A stretch of 64,000 nt of DNA from the human T2T-CHM13v2.0 reference genome, Homo sapiens. The DNA lies in NCBI RefSeq assembly GCF_009914755.1, contig NC_060925.1; one strand, 5' to 3'. Shown here one piece after another: positions 18,157 through 41,129 of this stretch. Below the pieces are notes generated by a model that saw nothing but the letters and a program-made list of their open reading frames with translations, had not been told where the DNA came from and did no database searches. The position numbers and the translations under genes were made by a program. Within the stretch, counting starts at the first letter, position 1, and every line of letters starts with the position of its first letter.

Positions 18157-18199
18157 TTAACTAATTGAAATTTGCTGAGTTTTAAAACATAGTTCTCGA

Positions 18200-18450
18200 G
18201 CATTTATTATTTACTATATGCCAGCCACTGTGGTACATGCTTTATGTGGATTATCTCATTTACTCCTTGTCACAATTTTATCAAGCATAATACAATTAGC
18301 TCCAATTTATAGATGTGGGATCTGAAGCACAGAGAGATTAAGTAACGTGCCCGATGTCATTGCTGAAAAGTGTATCACTGAGATAAAGTACATCCCAGGA
18401 CTTCATCCCAGGTAGTCTGACTTCAGACTTTGTGTCTAATGGTTAAGCTA
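18200..18450 (-). mobile_element. MIR SINE
   Basis: core ttatagatgtgggatctgaagcacagagagattaagtaac. Confidence 0.65.
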
Positions 18451-18850
18451 TACTATCTCACTTTTGCTGAACTTTAAAAGTGTGCTTAAAGCAATACATG
18501 ACTTTCCACAATTTGCCGCAGAACAATTATTGCACATTCCTTTCCTCAGGGTGTGTTGGTGGCTATGATTCCTGCCTGCCAGCCTCAGCAAGACAAAACA
18601 CAATCAGAGAAAAGGTGGATGGTTCACTCTTAAGGGAAGTAGTGGATTTGGGTTTGTTTCAGTAATCGTCTCTGAATAATGGCATAACCTTCTCTCAGAT
18701 TTTTAATTTGATCTAGTTTCATTGCAGTGAAAGGAAGCTTTAACACTTGGATCAAAGAAAGTATTTGTATAAAAGCAGCGAATGTAGTTTTGAATGATAG
18801 GGTACTTGTACTCTGAATAGTAGTATACAATATTTGAACTGTATGAGGCC

Positions 18851-20194
<1,344 letters not shown>

Positions 20195-20265
20195 TGAGGT
20201 CTTTAAATAACCCTTCCCTATCCTCAAAAATGCCCATCAGCTTAGTTTATGCATCAGTAACACTA

Positions 20266-20617
20266 CAGGTTGAACATCCCTTATCCAAAATGCTTGAGAT
20301 TGGAAGTGTTTCATATTTCAGGTTTTTTTTTGATTATGGAATATTCGCATATATATAGTGAGATATCTTGAGGATGGGACCCAAGTCTAAACACAGCTTT
20401 TTTATGTTTCCTATACCCACCCTGTGTATAGAGACTGAAGGTAATTTTATACAATATTTTAAAATAATTTTATACATGAAATAAAACTTTGACTGTAACC
20501 TCTCACATGAAGTTAGGTATAGAATTTTCTCCCTGTGGCATCTTGTCAGCACTAAAAAAGTTTCAGGTTTTGGAGCATGTCGGATTTCAGATTTACAGAT
20601 CAGAGATGCTTAACCTG
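20266..20617. mobile_element. Tigger4/MER46-type TcMar DNA transposon MITE
   Basis: TA|CAGGTTGAACATCCC ... GAGATGCTTAACCTG|TA inverted termini with TA duplication. Confidence 0.8.
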
Positions 20618-21317
20618 TATCATCGTATATATAATAATTGCCACTCTTTACCTAGGCCTTGGTGTTTTCTGTGTGACATCTTTCCAGTCCCCATTTTGAC
20701 TGCAATAAATTTTTTTTTTTTTTTTGGAGACAGTCTCGCTCTCTACAACCTCCACTTCCTGGGTTCAAGTGATTCTCCTGCCTCAGCCTCCTGAGTAGCT
20801 GGGATTATAGGCATGCGCCGCCACGCCCAGCTAATTTTTGTATTTTTAGTTGGGACGGGGTTTCACCATGTTGGTCACACTGGTCTTGAACTCTTGACCT
20901 CGTGATCTGCCCACCTCAGCCTCCCAAAGTGCTGAGATTACAGATGTGAGCCACCATGCCCGGCTGACTGCAATAATTTTTTATTCTCTTAATTACTTAC
21001 TAACTAGAGTACCAGCTGTGAGATTTTGCTCTTAAACATCCAGTCACATCATTTTCCCAATCATGCAAAGAAATGGTAATATCCTTAGTGATATTCACAG
21101 AGCATTGTGAATATCTGCCGATCAATGCTAGACTATTAAAAGGAACGTGAATGTCAGGGTACATTCCTAGTGTTTTAAGGTAAAAGTCATTAAAGGATAC
21201 TACTATATTGTTTCACAAAATGCCTCTTGACCATTATCAGAGATAGATTCTAAGCTAAACGGAGCAGTTATATGTTAGAACTGACACAGAATTCAGGCGG
21301 TGTGATCAATTGAATAA

Positions 21318-23048
<1,731 letters not shown>

Positions 23049-26006
23049 AATACTTTTTTTTTTCAAGCAAAACTTTGTAAGACTCATGTGACATCAAACG
23101 TAATAATAAAAATTTTTTGAAATTCACACGGAAAAATACTAAAATTTCCGTGTTACATCATGAATGCTTTAATATTACTTTAAAATCTTAGTATATTATA
23201 AAGACACACAATTCACAATTGTCAACTCACAGCACATCAGTCTAAGTACTCCTGATTATGCTAATGTTTATTTTCTTTATTATTGCTTTTACTAAAAATA
23301 AGCTCTTAGCATATTATCCCTTACTAAAAAGAAATGAACTGTCAAGCATTAAAAGACATAGAGGAAAATTTAATGCATGTTACTAAGTGAAAGAAGGCAA
23401 TCTGAAAAGGCTACATATTGTATGATAAAATGTGAAAAAATATATACAAGGTCAATGATGTTCAAACCTACAGTATTGGTGAATAATAACCTAAGCAATT
23501 TAATACTCCAGCCTAGTTCTTATAACTCCTATTATTCACTATGACATGAGTCATATAAACTTTATTAGCTTTAACTACACTTTCCTCTGAATGTTTGTCC
23601 TCAAATAAGATTGGACTTGTCTCAGAACTGCTTTACCACTCTTGTGACCTTTTTCAGTTAAGTGACAATAAAGCTGTTTTTCAGGCTGAGACTTAGGGGC
23701 ACTCCTGCTTTTGGCATGCACTGTCTCATTTAATCCTCACACTAATATTATAAGGTAGATGCAACAGCCCCCATGTTACAGAGGAAAAAATAGAGGATCA
23801 AAGAGATTAACTTGCCAAAAGTATGGCTAATAAGTAGGTGAAGCATGCTGAGAACTTAGGGCTGCCTTAATATCCATGTCATTCTTCCAACTCTTTGGCA
23901 ACAGTTTTCTAATATGAGTTCTTTACCCCATTAATGCTGTGAAACTAAGAACACCATATTTTAAGTGGCTTAAAATTCCAAGCAACCAGAATATGGCTAG
24001 TGTTACTTTCCTATTTTATATGTGCCTAAAGTAAAGTACATCCTTGGTCATTTCATAACATGTATAACAATTGCTATGATTATTTGAGCCACGATAGAAT
24101 TCTATTCTAAGAGCTTGGCAGAGCTAGAAGAACAACCTGCTCTTTGGTAGGGAGTATTGCAGCACGCTTCTTGCAAGGACATTCAGTTTTCTTGCCTGAA
24201 AAGCAAACACACCACTATTTGTGTAGTCACCAGTCTAGGCAAGGGAGGAACAATGGTTTTAAAAATACACCCAGAAAGGAACTAGAAGATACTTGTATTA
24301 GGTGGGTAACCTTACCTTCCATTATCGTAAATAGTTGCTCAAGCTTCTTCACAGTAATGGTCTGCATTTCTTATGTAGCAAAACCTCTGGAGATTTTGAA
24401 TGTTTTTGATGGTCAGAACTAGAGAACTTCTCTATCCAATCTCTTCGTTTTAGGTAAGGAAACTATATAGGTCAGCAAGTAAAAAGTCTAATCGAAGGTC
24501 TCTTGGAAAAATCATAGCAGAACTGAAGTCTCTTGCTCCTTTCCCAGTGCTCTCTGATTTTATATTACTCTGTCCCCACAAGGAATGTTATCTCAAGGTA
24601 AGATGGTTTTGTATAGTAATGGTTATCTCTGAAGCTCATGTTGTTTAAGGCCTGACAGATAATCCTTTTGTAGTATGAGTCTTGTAGTTTTGCTAACGTC
24701 TTCAGTGATTTAGTGTGACCCCTCTGAGCCTAGATCATATTTTCCTTCCCCTCCCTACACTCAATGATTAAAGTACGATATTCTTTCTAATTGCCCATTA
24801 GCCCCCTGCTGCTCTTGGAATCCTTAGACTTCTGTGGGCTTTTGGAACTTCTGCTGTTAGGTTTCATGAATAATAGTCCCCTTTCTGTTGAGTTTCTCTG
24901 GTTACATCATTTTATTTACCAATGTATTGCTTTTTAATATCAGTAACATTGAATATTAAAGTAGGTGATAAAATGGATCAAGCAGGAAACTTGACCATTA
25001 CAAATCGATGCTAACTAAATAACCGAGATAACCACGATGCAGGTTGCCGATTATCCAGGACCCTTTTTTGATCTCCTTTGGAAAGGGAGTCATCAATTCT
25101 GTCCTTTTTCCTTAACTTTGAAAGCCCATCCTTCTTTGGCAATAGTCTTCAAGGGTTTTATTTAGCTCCCTTTTACTAAAAACAAGCATCACAAAATCTC
25201 ATCTGTTTTTTACAAAGAAGCCTGGAGTAATACCCTGATAACTATAGGGGAATAATGTCATCAACAGAAGAATAGAATTTGGGAAGCTGACCTTATCACA
25301 GTCTATGAGATTAAATGTCTTGGGCATAGTAGTGTAGCTAGAGAAAAGGGAAAAAAAAAAAACACTAATTCTCTTAGTTTCTTTGTAGTTCTCCGTGGAA
25401 AACTCCTTTACCCACATTGGTACCCTTTTGGTTTTGCTGCTATGGTGGTTAGAAAATTAGAAAGCAGAAGAATCACCTCCTGTTTTTAGAAATACCCTAA
25501 AAAATGGCAGGCCATCACTGGGCCTTGTACTTCTAATGGCCAAAATGTATAGCAACATAAAGTGTCTAGAAGAGAATTCTCTAAAATACAAGTAATCACT
25601 GTAGGTGATTTTTTAAAGAAGCACAGCACGTGGAATTGTAGTGTTGAAGACACCATGCTGGGTATCACTGGAATAACCCCTGTGCTGCCAGCGTTGATGT
25701 GAAATAGAAGATGACATCTTAAACCAATTACTGTACTGCAACCTAGCGTCATACGAGGCCATATACCAGGTTCAGAGGAAAGTAACTTGACTTCAAGCTC
25801 ATGTTATAGGGAAAGATGTGGATTTTATTAGAGTAGAACATAAATAGGCTTAAACAGGAGGAAAATATTCTAGCCGTTAGGATCTGTAATTGCTCAGAAA
25901 GGCAGGAAGTATTTTACTTTGGGAGATGAAGAATGGACCAGTCTGGCCAGGGCAGTGGGTTTCACATTCAAATCCAAAGATATGAACTACAGGGCAGTAG
26001 AAGGCA

Positions 26007-26912
26007 GGGCTCTGGGCACACTCTACAGGGAGGACGGCTTCAGTCATGGTGCATACACACGATGGGCTCTGGGCACACTCTACAGGGAGGACGGCTTCAG
26101 TCGTGCATACACACGATGGGCTCTGGGAACACTACAGGGAGGACGGCTTCAGTCGTGCATACACACGATGGGCTCTGGGCACACTCTACAGGGAGGATGG
26201 CTTCAGTCGTGCATACACACGATGGGCTCTGGGCACACTCTACAGGGAGGACGGCTTCAGTCGTGCATACACACGATGGGCTCTGGGAACACTACAGGGA
26301 GGACGGCTTCATCGTGGTGCATACACACGATGGGCTCTGGGAACACTACAGGGAGGACGGCTTCAGTCGTGCATACACACGATGGGCTCTGGGAACACTA
26401 CAGGGAGGACGGCTTCAGTCGTGCATACACACGATGGGCTCTGGGAACACTACAGGGAGGACGGCTTCATCGTGGTGCATACACACGATGGGCTCTGGGC
26501 ACACTACAGGGAGGACGGCTTCAGTCGTGCATACACACGATGGGCTCTGGGCACACTCTACAGGGAGGACGGCTTCAGTCGTGCATACACACGATGGGCT
26601 CTGGGAACACTCTACAGGGAGGACGGCTTCAGTCGTGCATACACACGATGGGCTCTGGGAACACTACAGGGAGGACGGCTTCAGTCGTGGTGCATACACA
26701 CGATGGGCTCTGGGAACACTACAGGGAGGACAGCTTCAGTCATGCATACACACGATGGGCTCTGGGCACACTCTACAGGGAAGACGGCTTCAGTCGTGCA
26801 TACACACGATGGGCTCTGGGCACACTCTACAGGGAGGATGGCTTCAGTCATGCGTACACACTATGGGCTCTGGGCACTACAGGGAGGATGGCTTCAGTCG
26901 TGCATACACACG
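26007..26912. repeat. Minisatellite/VNTR, about 17 copies of a 52-57 bp unit
   Basis: unit GGGCTCTGGG(C/A)ACACT(CT)ACAGGGAGGACGGCTTCAGTCGTGCATACACACGAT. Confidence 0.96.
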
Positions 26913-27406
26913 GTATTACTGAAGAAGTTCCTTTCTGAGGCAGTCTAGCTAAAGGTATGCACATAGGCAGATAGTCTATTAAATTTGAACATGAATATTA
27001 AAACTGACACTGAGATTTCAGTGAAGGGTGAAGTTATAATTTATAACAGTGTTTAAAATTTGGTGTATTTCAGTAGCTGTTAGTTAAGCATTTATTTATT
27101 AGTGATTTTTGAGAAGTTTGTGTTACTTCTTTTTATTAGGAAAAACATTTGACTAGCCATTAGCTCTGGCATCTGAATTCCTGCTACTCTCCTAGCATCT
27201 AGAAGTATTTCTGATGTTATCAGACAGAGTTTAATCAGAAAGACTCAACTTCTTTAGTGGTTTCATATGATAAACACATTTACCTTCCTGTTCAGGTCTG
27301 TTTTAGTTTGGGCAAGCCAGGGCATCAAACTATATGTAATTGTTTTAATGTGTTACACCATCATGGGAATTGATCCTAACATAGGCATTTTCTTTACTTC
27401 TTAAAG

Positions 27407-27612
27407 GACTTTTTTCAGGAGATATTGCACCTTTAATGCAAGAAAAAGTACTAAGCGCAGTCACATATGCTGTTGATGATGAAGAAGCTGCTGAAGTAAA
27501 TGCTAATGAGCAGCCAGAGGCGCCAAAGCTTGTTCTGCAGTCTCTGTTTTCACTTATACGAGGTGAAGTTGAGCAGTTGGATTCAAGAGCACTTCCCCTT
27601 TGCCTTCATCAG
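27407..27612 (+). CDS. CNST: Consortin coding exon (probably exon 3), 206 nt
   Basis: ttaaag|GA CTT TTT TCA... to CAT CAG|gtactc; encodes (G)LFSGDIAPLMQEKVLSAVTYAVDDEEAAEVNANEQPEAPKLVLQSLFSLIRGEVEQLDSRALPLCLHQ, recognised as consortin; frame continues into next exon. Confidence 0.93.
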
Positions 27613-27644
27613 GTACTCTGGTAAACCCTTCACTTTCAGCCTCA

Positions 27645-30060
<2,416 letters not shown>

Positions 30061-31383
30061 GTTCAATAGGTTTTGTCCCAATTCAGGAAAATGTATACTT
30101 TTACAAATTTGTATTATCTCCTTTATGAACTTGAAGAATGCCTTTGAGGAAATGTATACTCCTGGCCTCTAAGCTGTCACGAACTCACCATTGTTGAGTA
30201 GCACCAACATCAAGGCAGCTTTCTAATCACTCAGCTTTCACTGCATTTGAACAGTGGATTGCACGGCAATCTTTTCTCTCCTGGGAAAGAAGGTTAGAGA
30301 ATACGGTGGTGGTTTAAAAGTATGGGCTTTGGCCCTACCACAAGCTAAGTGGCTTTTGGTTTCTCCTGTTGTAAAGTAATAGAGGATTAAATGGGATAAT
30401 GCATGTAAAAGCACTTAACATATGTTTGACGTACAGTAAAAGCCAAAGAAATATTAAACATTTAAACTCTATTCCTACTGTCACTAATTCAGAGATTGCT
30501 CATTGGAAATCAAGTCTGGGGATCAGCAAAGAAATACTGATGCCATTAGAAAGCTGAGACGTCAGGGTGACAAGATTCGGTTGATGGCTGCCTCCTCAGC
30601 CCAAGAAGACAGAATATCCTGTCACCTCCCAAGGGACACACAAATCAGGGAGGGATGGAGATATATTTTATTCATTTTAGTAATTCCCAGCACATCACAT
30701 GGTATATTCCACCTAGATTTGCCAGTTGTTGACATTTTTATCAAATTTTTGCTCTGTTTTTTAGCTGGGGCTATAGGCATGTGCCACTGCGCCCAGCTAA
30801 TTTTTGTATTTTTAGTAGAGATGGGGTTTCACCATGTTGCCCGGGCTGGTCTTTAACTCCTGATCTCAGGTGATCCACCCGCCTCGACCTCCCAAAGTGC
30901 TGGGATTACAGGCGTGAGCCACCACGCCTGGCCTTTTTGCTCTTGCTCTCTCTCGTGCACACACACGTATTTTTTCCATTGAAACAGTTGAAAGTAATTT
31001 GCATTATGACACTTCACCCCTAAATATTTGTACATAAATCTCCCAAGAAGAAGGATACTCTCCTACATAACATACAAGGCCATTATCAACCCCAAGAAAT
31101 GAGTCACTGATGCAATAAAATTATTTAATATACAATCCATATTCAAATTTCCCCCAAGTAGTTCCACAAATGTTCTGTGCAACTGTTTTCCCCCAGTGCA
31201 GGATTCAGTGCAGGATGGCATATTGCATTCAACTGTCAGTATTCTTTAGTCTCCTGTAATCCAGAATGCTCCCAGCCTTTCTATCTGTATCAGTCTTTCT
31301 CCGCCCCTTTCTTTCTTTCACACTGACATTTATGAACAGTCTAAGAATTCATGTAGAATGTCCCATAATCAGGATTTGTCTAA

Positions 31384-33400
<2,017 letters not shown>

Positions 33401-33834
33401 ATCTCCTATCTACTCCTTCTCAGGAAGCCACTAGGTGATGTGCTCCAGCAAAACAAGGGAGTAAACCAAGAAACAGGAAGGTGTGAGATACAGGAAACTG
33501 GGAATCCTACTCAGGACAGAGGTGAAGGGAATCTAAGCAAAGGGAGATTTTAAGATGACAGCTGTATGCCAGGAAGGAGAGGGTAACCAGTCCTGTTTCG
33601 AGTGGATCACAAGAGTCTGGGGAGAGGCTTTTCTATCATTTTCCTGTTTGTAGAAGTATTTGACTCCTTAAAGCATAGACATGTAAAATTTGGATGAAAA
33701 TAAGAACTAAAAGAAGACATAATTCAGGCATAAGGTAATGAAAGCATCTAGGCTAAAGTGGTGACAGTGGAAATGGAGAGGGATGGATGTGAGATCTTTG
33801 GAAGGAAGAATAACTAGGACTTGGTATAGATTGT

Positions 33835-34294
33835 TGTATTAGTCAGGGTTCTCTTAGAGGGACAGAACTCATAGGATATTTATATATATCCTATATATAT
33901 TTATATATATAAAGGGGAGTTTATTAAGTATTAACTCGCATGATCACAAAGTCCCACAATAGGCTGTCTGCAAGCTGAGGAGCAAGGAGAGCCGAGCTAA
34001 GTCCCAAAACTGAAGAATTTGGAGTCTGATGGTCGAGGGCAGGAAACATCCAGCACGCGAGAAAGATGTGGGCTGGGAGGCTAGGCCTGTCTCTCTTTTT
34101 CATGTTTTTCTGCCTGCTTTATATTCCCTGGCAGCTGATTAGATGGTGTCCACCAGTTTAAAAGGGGGTCTGCCTTCCCCAGCCCACTGACTCAAATGTT
34201 GATCTCTTTTGGCAACACCCTCACAGACACACCCAGGATCAATACTTTGTATCCTTCAATCCAATCACGTTGACACTCAGTATTAACCATCACA
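33835..34294 (-). mobile_element. MLT2A-type solo LTR (ERVL)
   Basis: tgtattagtcagggttctc...(TA)n...ttaaccatcaca; perfect 5-bp TSD ATTGT. Confidence 0.85.
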
Positions 34295-35711
34295 ATTGTA
34301 AAAAGAGAATAAAGGAGAAATCAGAGATGACTGTAGGACCATTAACAGAAATAAGGTATTCGAGTGTGAGAACTAATTTTAGGAAAATTGTGATTTAAAA
34401 AGTGATATATAATATATAGAATAATATGTGCTAAAGGCCAATGGAAATACGACAACATATACTTGTATTTTGAGCTCGTGGAACTCTTAAAAGTTCTGTT
34501 TTAAAGTTCTTGTTCTTAGGTATGAGTGGTCTTTTTTACACTGACTTAGTTAATATGACTACAGATTAGCTTTAAATGTTTAACTGAAGTCATATGCTTG
34601 GCAGGTTTCATATAGAAAATCGGGCCCTCCCTTGGGCCTCTTTTGTAAGGGCACTAATCCCATTCATGAGGGCAGAGCCCCCGTGACCTAATCACCTCCC
34701 AGATACCCCCTTCTTCACACTATCCCCTGGGAACTCGGTTTCAACATATGAATTTGTGAGGGGGACACAAAGATTGAGGCCATGGCCCTTCACAGTGTCT
34801 TTTTTTAGAGGGTTCCTGATTGGTAAAAGGATAACCAGGATCACCTTACACCTGTTGCCTTCCCAGCAGTTTTCACCTTTTTCACATGATTCCACTCAGC
34901 ATCTTGCAATTCATTCCAAATCAGACTCAAAAACCATTTTAAGCACTTACTGTAGTGTGCTGGGCATTATGCTAGATACATAGTCTCTCTGTTTTTTTTA
35001 TTTGTATTTATTTATTTATTTTCATTTGCTTCCTGTACCTGGGCAGCAAACACAATCTCTCTTTCAATCCTTATGGCAGCCTTGTTTTATACAGCTGCAG
35101 GTATTACTGTCCCTGTTTTAAGATAAGAAAGTTGAGGCTTGAGATGCGAAATGACGTGTCCAGGGCCACACAGCTGGTAAGTGGCAGGGCTTGGACTAAA
35201 ACACAGGCCATTCACCTCCAACCCCATGTTCTTTCTGCTCTACTGGGCTAGCTTTCAGATTTAGAAATATGCTTTAAAAAAAAGTCACATCTTCTCTTCC
35301 TGCTAGACTTGCAAGGGGGAGATTTTTAAAGGGGAAATACTTTGTATATTTATTTCTCAAGATGACTTTTTACCTGGAAATGTCTTTTACTTTTGAGGCA
35401 CTGGGTTTCATAACCTTCTCTGCATAGTTACTTTATGGTATTAGAACTGCTACAGAAGCCTGCAAGCTAATTTCTGCAGTGCCAGGAAATCTGGTGACAT
35501 AATAGTTATGGACCCCATCAAAACTCCTCAAATAAGAGCTATTTATAAGTAACCATGTGCCAATTTTGCACAAATGCAAAAAGGCAGGAAAAATGGCTTT
35601 GAAGAGCCAGACATTTTATTTTAATGGGCAACCTGAAACTATATCTCATACCATATATAGAAAGGAAACTGTGCAATACCATAGATGTTTTCACTGGAAG
35701 TTTGTACTTGA

Positions 35712-37118
<1,407 letters not shown>

Positions 37119-37878
37119 TAAAGATCTAAAAATATCCCAAAGTTTTTAGAATCAAAGAATCTTTAAATGTAAAGATGTCTTAGAATGAATCTGATAACTG
37201 ACAAGCCTGAACTGAGACCAGCTCCTGAGTCTTGGATCTCTTTATCTAGTGTTCTTTACCATATGTAGCACTTTGTACATATTCTAAACAATATTAATCA
37301 ACTGTTAGTGCTCAGCCTGGCCTTTTCTTAACTATCAGACCAGACCAAAAAGTCAGTGTCCTGTGAGGTCCTCAGCCGGTGGTTTGTGAAACAGGAATGA
37401 AATCAATAGGATGTTGAGGTCTCAGGTGACTTGACATATTTCTGCTTTTTCTTTTTATTAATTATTTATTTATGTTTGCTTCACAGCATTTGAAAGGAAT
37501 ATTTCTACTTTTAATTTACAATAAACAATCATTTTTTCATTTGTGTTCTATTTTTGTAAGTCTCTAACATTTTTCTCATTCTTTAGAGTCCTAAACTCTA
37601 ATGAATCAGGGAAATCTACTTTGACTTGAGGTAGAGTAGGAAGAATGATGTGTAAACACCAAAGAACGTCTCTGCTTTGCTTGAGATGAGTAACTTCAGA
37701 ATTGCATCCTGTGCCTACAGTCAGATTTCTTCTGAACTGTTGAATGTAGTTTAAAAAAAGAGTTTTCTTAATTTGATATCAAAAACATTTGGAATTTCAA
37801 GATCTTAATTTGTTTCAAATTTATCTTCTCATCCAAGTGTTAATTTAATTTTCTCTGTGTTTTCTTTGTTTTTAACAG

Positions 37879-37909
37879 ATAGCAGAATCCTATTTCCAGG
37901 AGGAGGACT
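37879..37909 (+). CDS. CNST: Consortin 31-nt micro-exon (probably exon 4)
   Basis: pyrimidine tract+taacag|ATA GCA GAA TCC TAT TTC CAG GAG GAG GAC T|gtatcctt = IAESYFQEED; phase matches both neighbours. Confidence 0.92.
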
Positions 37910-38170
37910 GTATCCTTTTCTTAATTACAGGAAGAAATTTTTAGAACTCTTACAGAACCATTCATTTTTTTTAATTGAAGTATATTTTACATGTAATAGA
38001 ATGTACAGATCATATGGTTTCAGTGGTTTTGACAGTTGTATGTACCCGTGTAACCACCTCAGAAAGCAAAATGTAGGAAATTTCTGTCTCTTCACAAAAT
38101 TTCCTAGAACCATCCAAAGTTTACCTTCATAAATAGGCCTTAATTTTACTAAAATAAGTATTTGTATTTA

Positions 38171-38547
38171 TTTTTTGAAGGAAAATTTGTATTATTTTAA
38201 TTATTTTTATGTACAGAACACTCAACAGTGTACATTTAACCCAGTTTAGCGGCATGTTCTTTAGCCTTTGCCTTTTTGAGCTTGGCAACGTGCGCCACAG
38301 ACTTGGGACCCGGGACATTGCCGCCCCCGTGATGGTGAATCTCGTCGTATCTGTCGTTGTAATTGGTCCTGGACTAGACAGCCCAGTCTTGCCTTCCCCT
38401 TGGATAATGCAGTAAGGGACCCCCATTTTACGACATAGGGCAGGCAAGAAGACAGCCAGCTGGAAGAAGGCATTAGTGGAAGAGTGTATTTTGACCAAAA
38501 GCAGTAAATCTCAAAGCTAGCTTGGTAGCAAGCGAGAGAGAGAGAAC
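38171..38547 (-). pseudogene. RPL7A-derived retrocopy (3' part, internal deletion, apparent retained intron end)
   Basis: [25 protein letters not shown] and C-terminal [20 protein letters not shown]-stop, 3' UTR and short poly(A) at 38171-38176. Confidence 0.9.
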
Positions 38548-39151
38548 TTCTGAGTGATCATGAAGACAAAAAGCTGAACAGTGAGTTTTTCTCTTCCTTT
38601 TTTCTGGGTCAGCATTTAGAGCATTGCCCAGAGGAAGGTAGGCAGTTGGACAGTGTATCCTGACCTCACAAGATGCAGATCTGTGTGATACAAATGAGAA
38701 GGCTAAAGCTCACAGGATCATTTACAAAGAAGTAGAATCACGTGATAATAATGGAAATCACTGTGGCAAGTTAATTGAGTGTTTACAAAAGACCCATATA
38801 AGTTTTTGCCCTGTCATTGTTTAGGCATGTGATCCTTTGGTCTTGTGGGAGAAAAGCATTCAGTGGGAAATAATAAGGATCAAGGTGACTTGAAACAGAA
38901 ACACTTGACCAGAGAGTCACATAGTTCTTTGACAGAAAGTAAGGAGAGAAATAAAAAAGGGAAACATGTAGATTCCAGGATTCCATGTGGTCCTGTTTCC
39001 TTAAATTACTTTTAGTTGACTCCGCAGCAGACATTCCTTGAGCATTAAAACCTTCTTTTAGTTTCTGTTTGCCGATAGTGTGGAATCCAAGTAGCTATTG
39101 CATAATATGCCACATTAAAATTTACCTACTTCAAAACCAAGAAACATTACT

Positions 39152-39748
<597 letters not shown>

Positions 39749-39908
39749 GAGAAACATTACTTTAGATATGTTTAAATTTAAAAATATTTAGAGTCCTCTC
39801 ATGTTTTAGTAAGCTGCAAATTTCTCAACATCTATAGGACATTGTTCTTCAAATATGGGAATAATGTAAATAGTGTGGATTTCTATTTTCCTTAAATGTT
39901 CTATTCAG

Positions 39909-39995
39909 ATGAGAAAGCAATGAAATTCATTCAGCTAGAACGATTGTATCATGAGCAATTGCTCGCAAATCTTTCTGCCATTCAAGAACAGTGGG
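39909..39995 (+). CDS. CNST: Consortin coding exon (probably exon 5), 87 nt
   Basis: ttcag|AT GAG AAA GCA ATG... TGG G|gtaagt = (Y)EKAMKFIQLERLYHEQLLANLSAIQEQW. Confidence 0.93.
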
Positions 39996-40457
39996 GTAAG
40001 TACAGACCAACATGGAATGTGGAATTAGCAGTAATCCAACAAGTCACTATCTACAAAATTAACATATTTGACCTGGTTTTATAAATCAGAAAATAGATGT
40101 TTCCATAAACAAGTTAATGTTGCAAAGAAAGTAGCATTTTTACCACAAGTCTATTATATTGTGAGAAGACTTTTTTCTTTGTATTTTGCTCTTCATATCA
40201 ATGCCAAGAAAAGAATACTTGCAACTATTTGCATTTTTCCTAATCACATTTCATGCCCTACTGGCTAATTTAGTCTCTAGGATGATATTTACTTATATTG
40301 AAAAGTAATAAGTTAGTTATTTCTAACTGTTGGGTTGTTTGAAAAGATAATTTTGCATGCAAATCTTTATGAGTGGTGCTAGTTAACTGTTTGTTTGTTT
40401 TTTTGCTCCTAAATATGTTTTATAAGAGCCAGTGACTAACAAATACTTTAAATTTAG

Positions 40458-40572
40458 AAACAAAATGGAAAACTGTGCAACCACATACAGTTACGGCTCT
40501 AAGGAATTCAGAAAAGGGATTTAATGGTGAAGATTTTGAACGGCTTACGAAAATTTGTGCAACACATCAAGA
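40458..40572 (+). CDS. CNST: Consortin coding exon (probably exon 6), 115 nt
   Basis: branch tgactaac 40433-40440; tttag|AA ACA AAA TGG... CAA GA|gtaagt = (E)TKWKTVQPHTVTALRNSEKGFNGEDFERLTKICATHQ(D). Confidence 0.92.
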
Positions 40573-41129
40573 GTAAGTATATCAGAATTTCGTTAGAATG
40601 AGTTGGAGTAGAATATTGAAGAAGCATTATAGCATTGAGTATCCATTTCTTTGTTTTATGTTTTCAACTGGAGAAATTAAGATGGATATAATATAATTAT
40701 TGCAAGGCTCTAGTATTGGTTCGAACCCCGGGAGCGCGCCAACAGACAGCACAAGGCGGTGTGGAGCATCACGCTGTTTTAATGAGCACCTGGGTGCAGA
40801 CGGGCTGAGGCCTAAAATGGCGTCAGCGCCACGTGAGGACGGGGCAGGGGTTTTACAGTCTCCTGTAAACAGGAAGTGTCCCTGTCTGATGTAACGGCTA
40901 CGTGGTACCTGGATGGCCTCTCTGTCTATCCTCGGTGGTGCGTGTCTTCCGGCCGGGGTAGGTGTCTTCCGGCCGGGGTGCGTGTCTTCCGGCCGGCCCT
41001 CTTCCTGCTTCTGCTTCTCGCTGACGCGCGCTGCTGGTGCAAGTGGCCTCGCGCCTTGGGACTGGGTCTGAGGAGGGAGGAGTTATTCATCCCCCCAAGC
41101 TTTCGGCCCTGGGGAGAATCTTTCATTCC

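Noticed and set aside
25919-26948. Three overlapping ORFs of 300-339 aa, or a CRISPR-like array
   Set aside because: Tandem minisatellite with no unique spacers; the unit simply lacks stops; human intron with no cas genes
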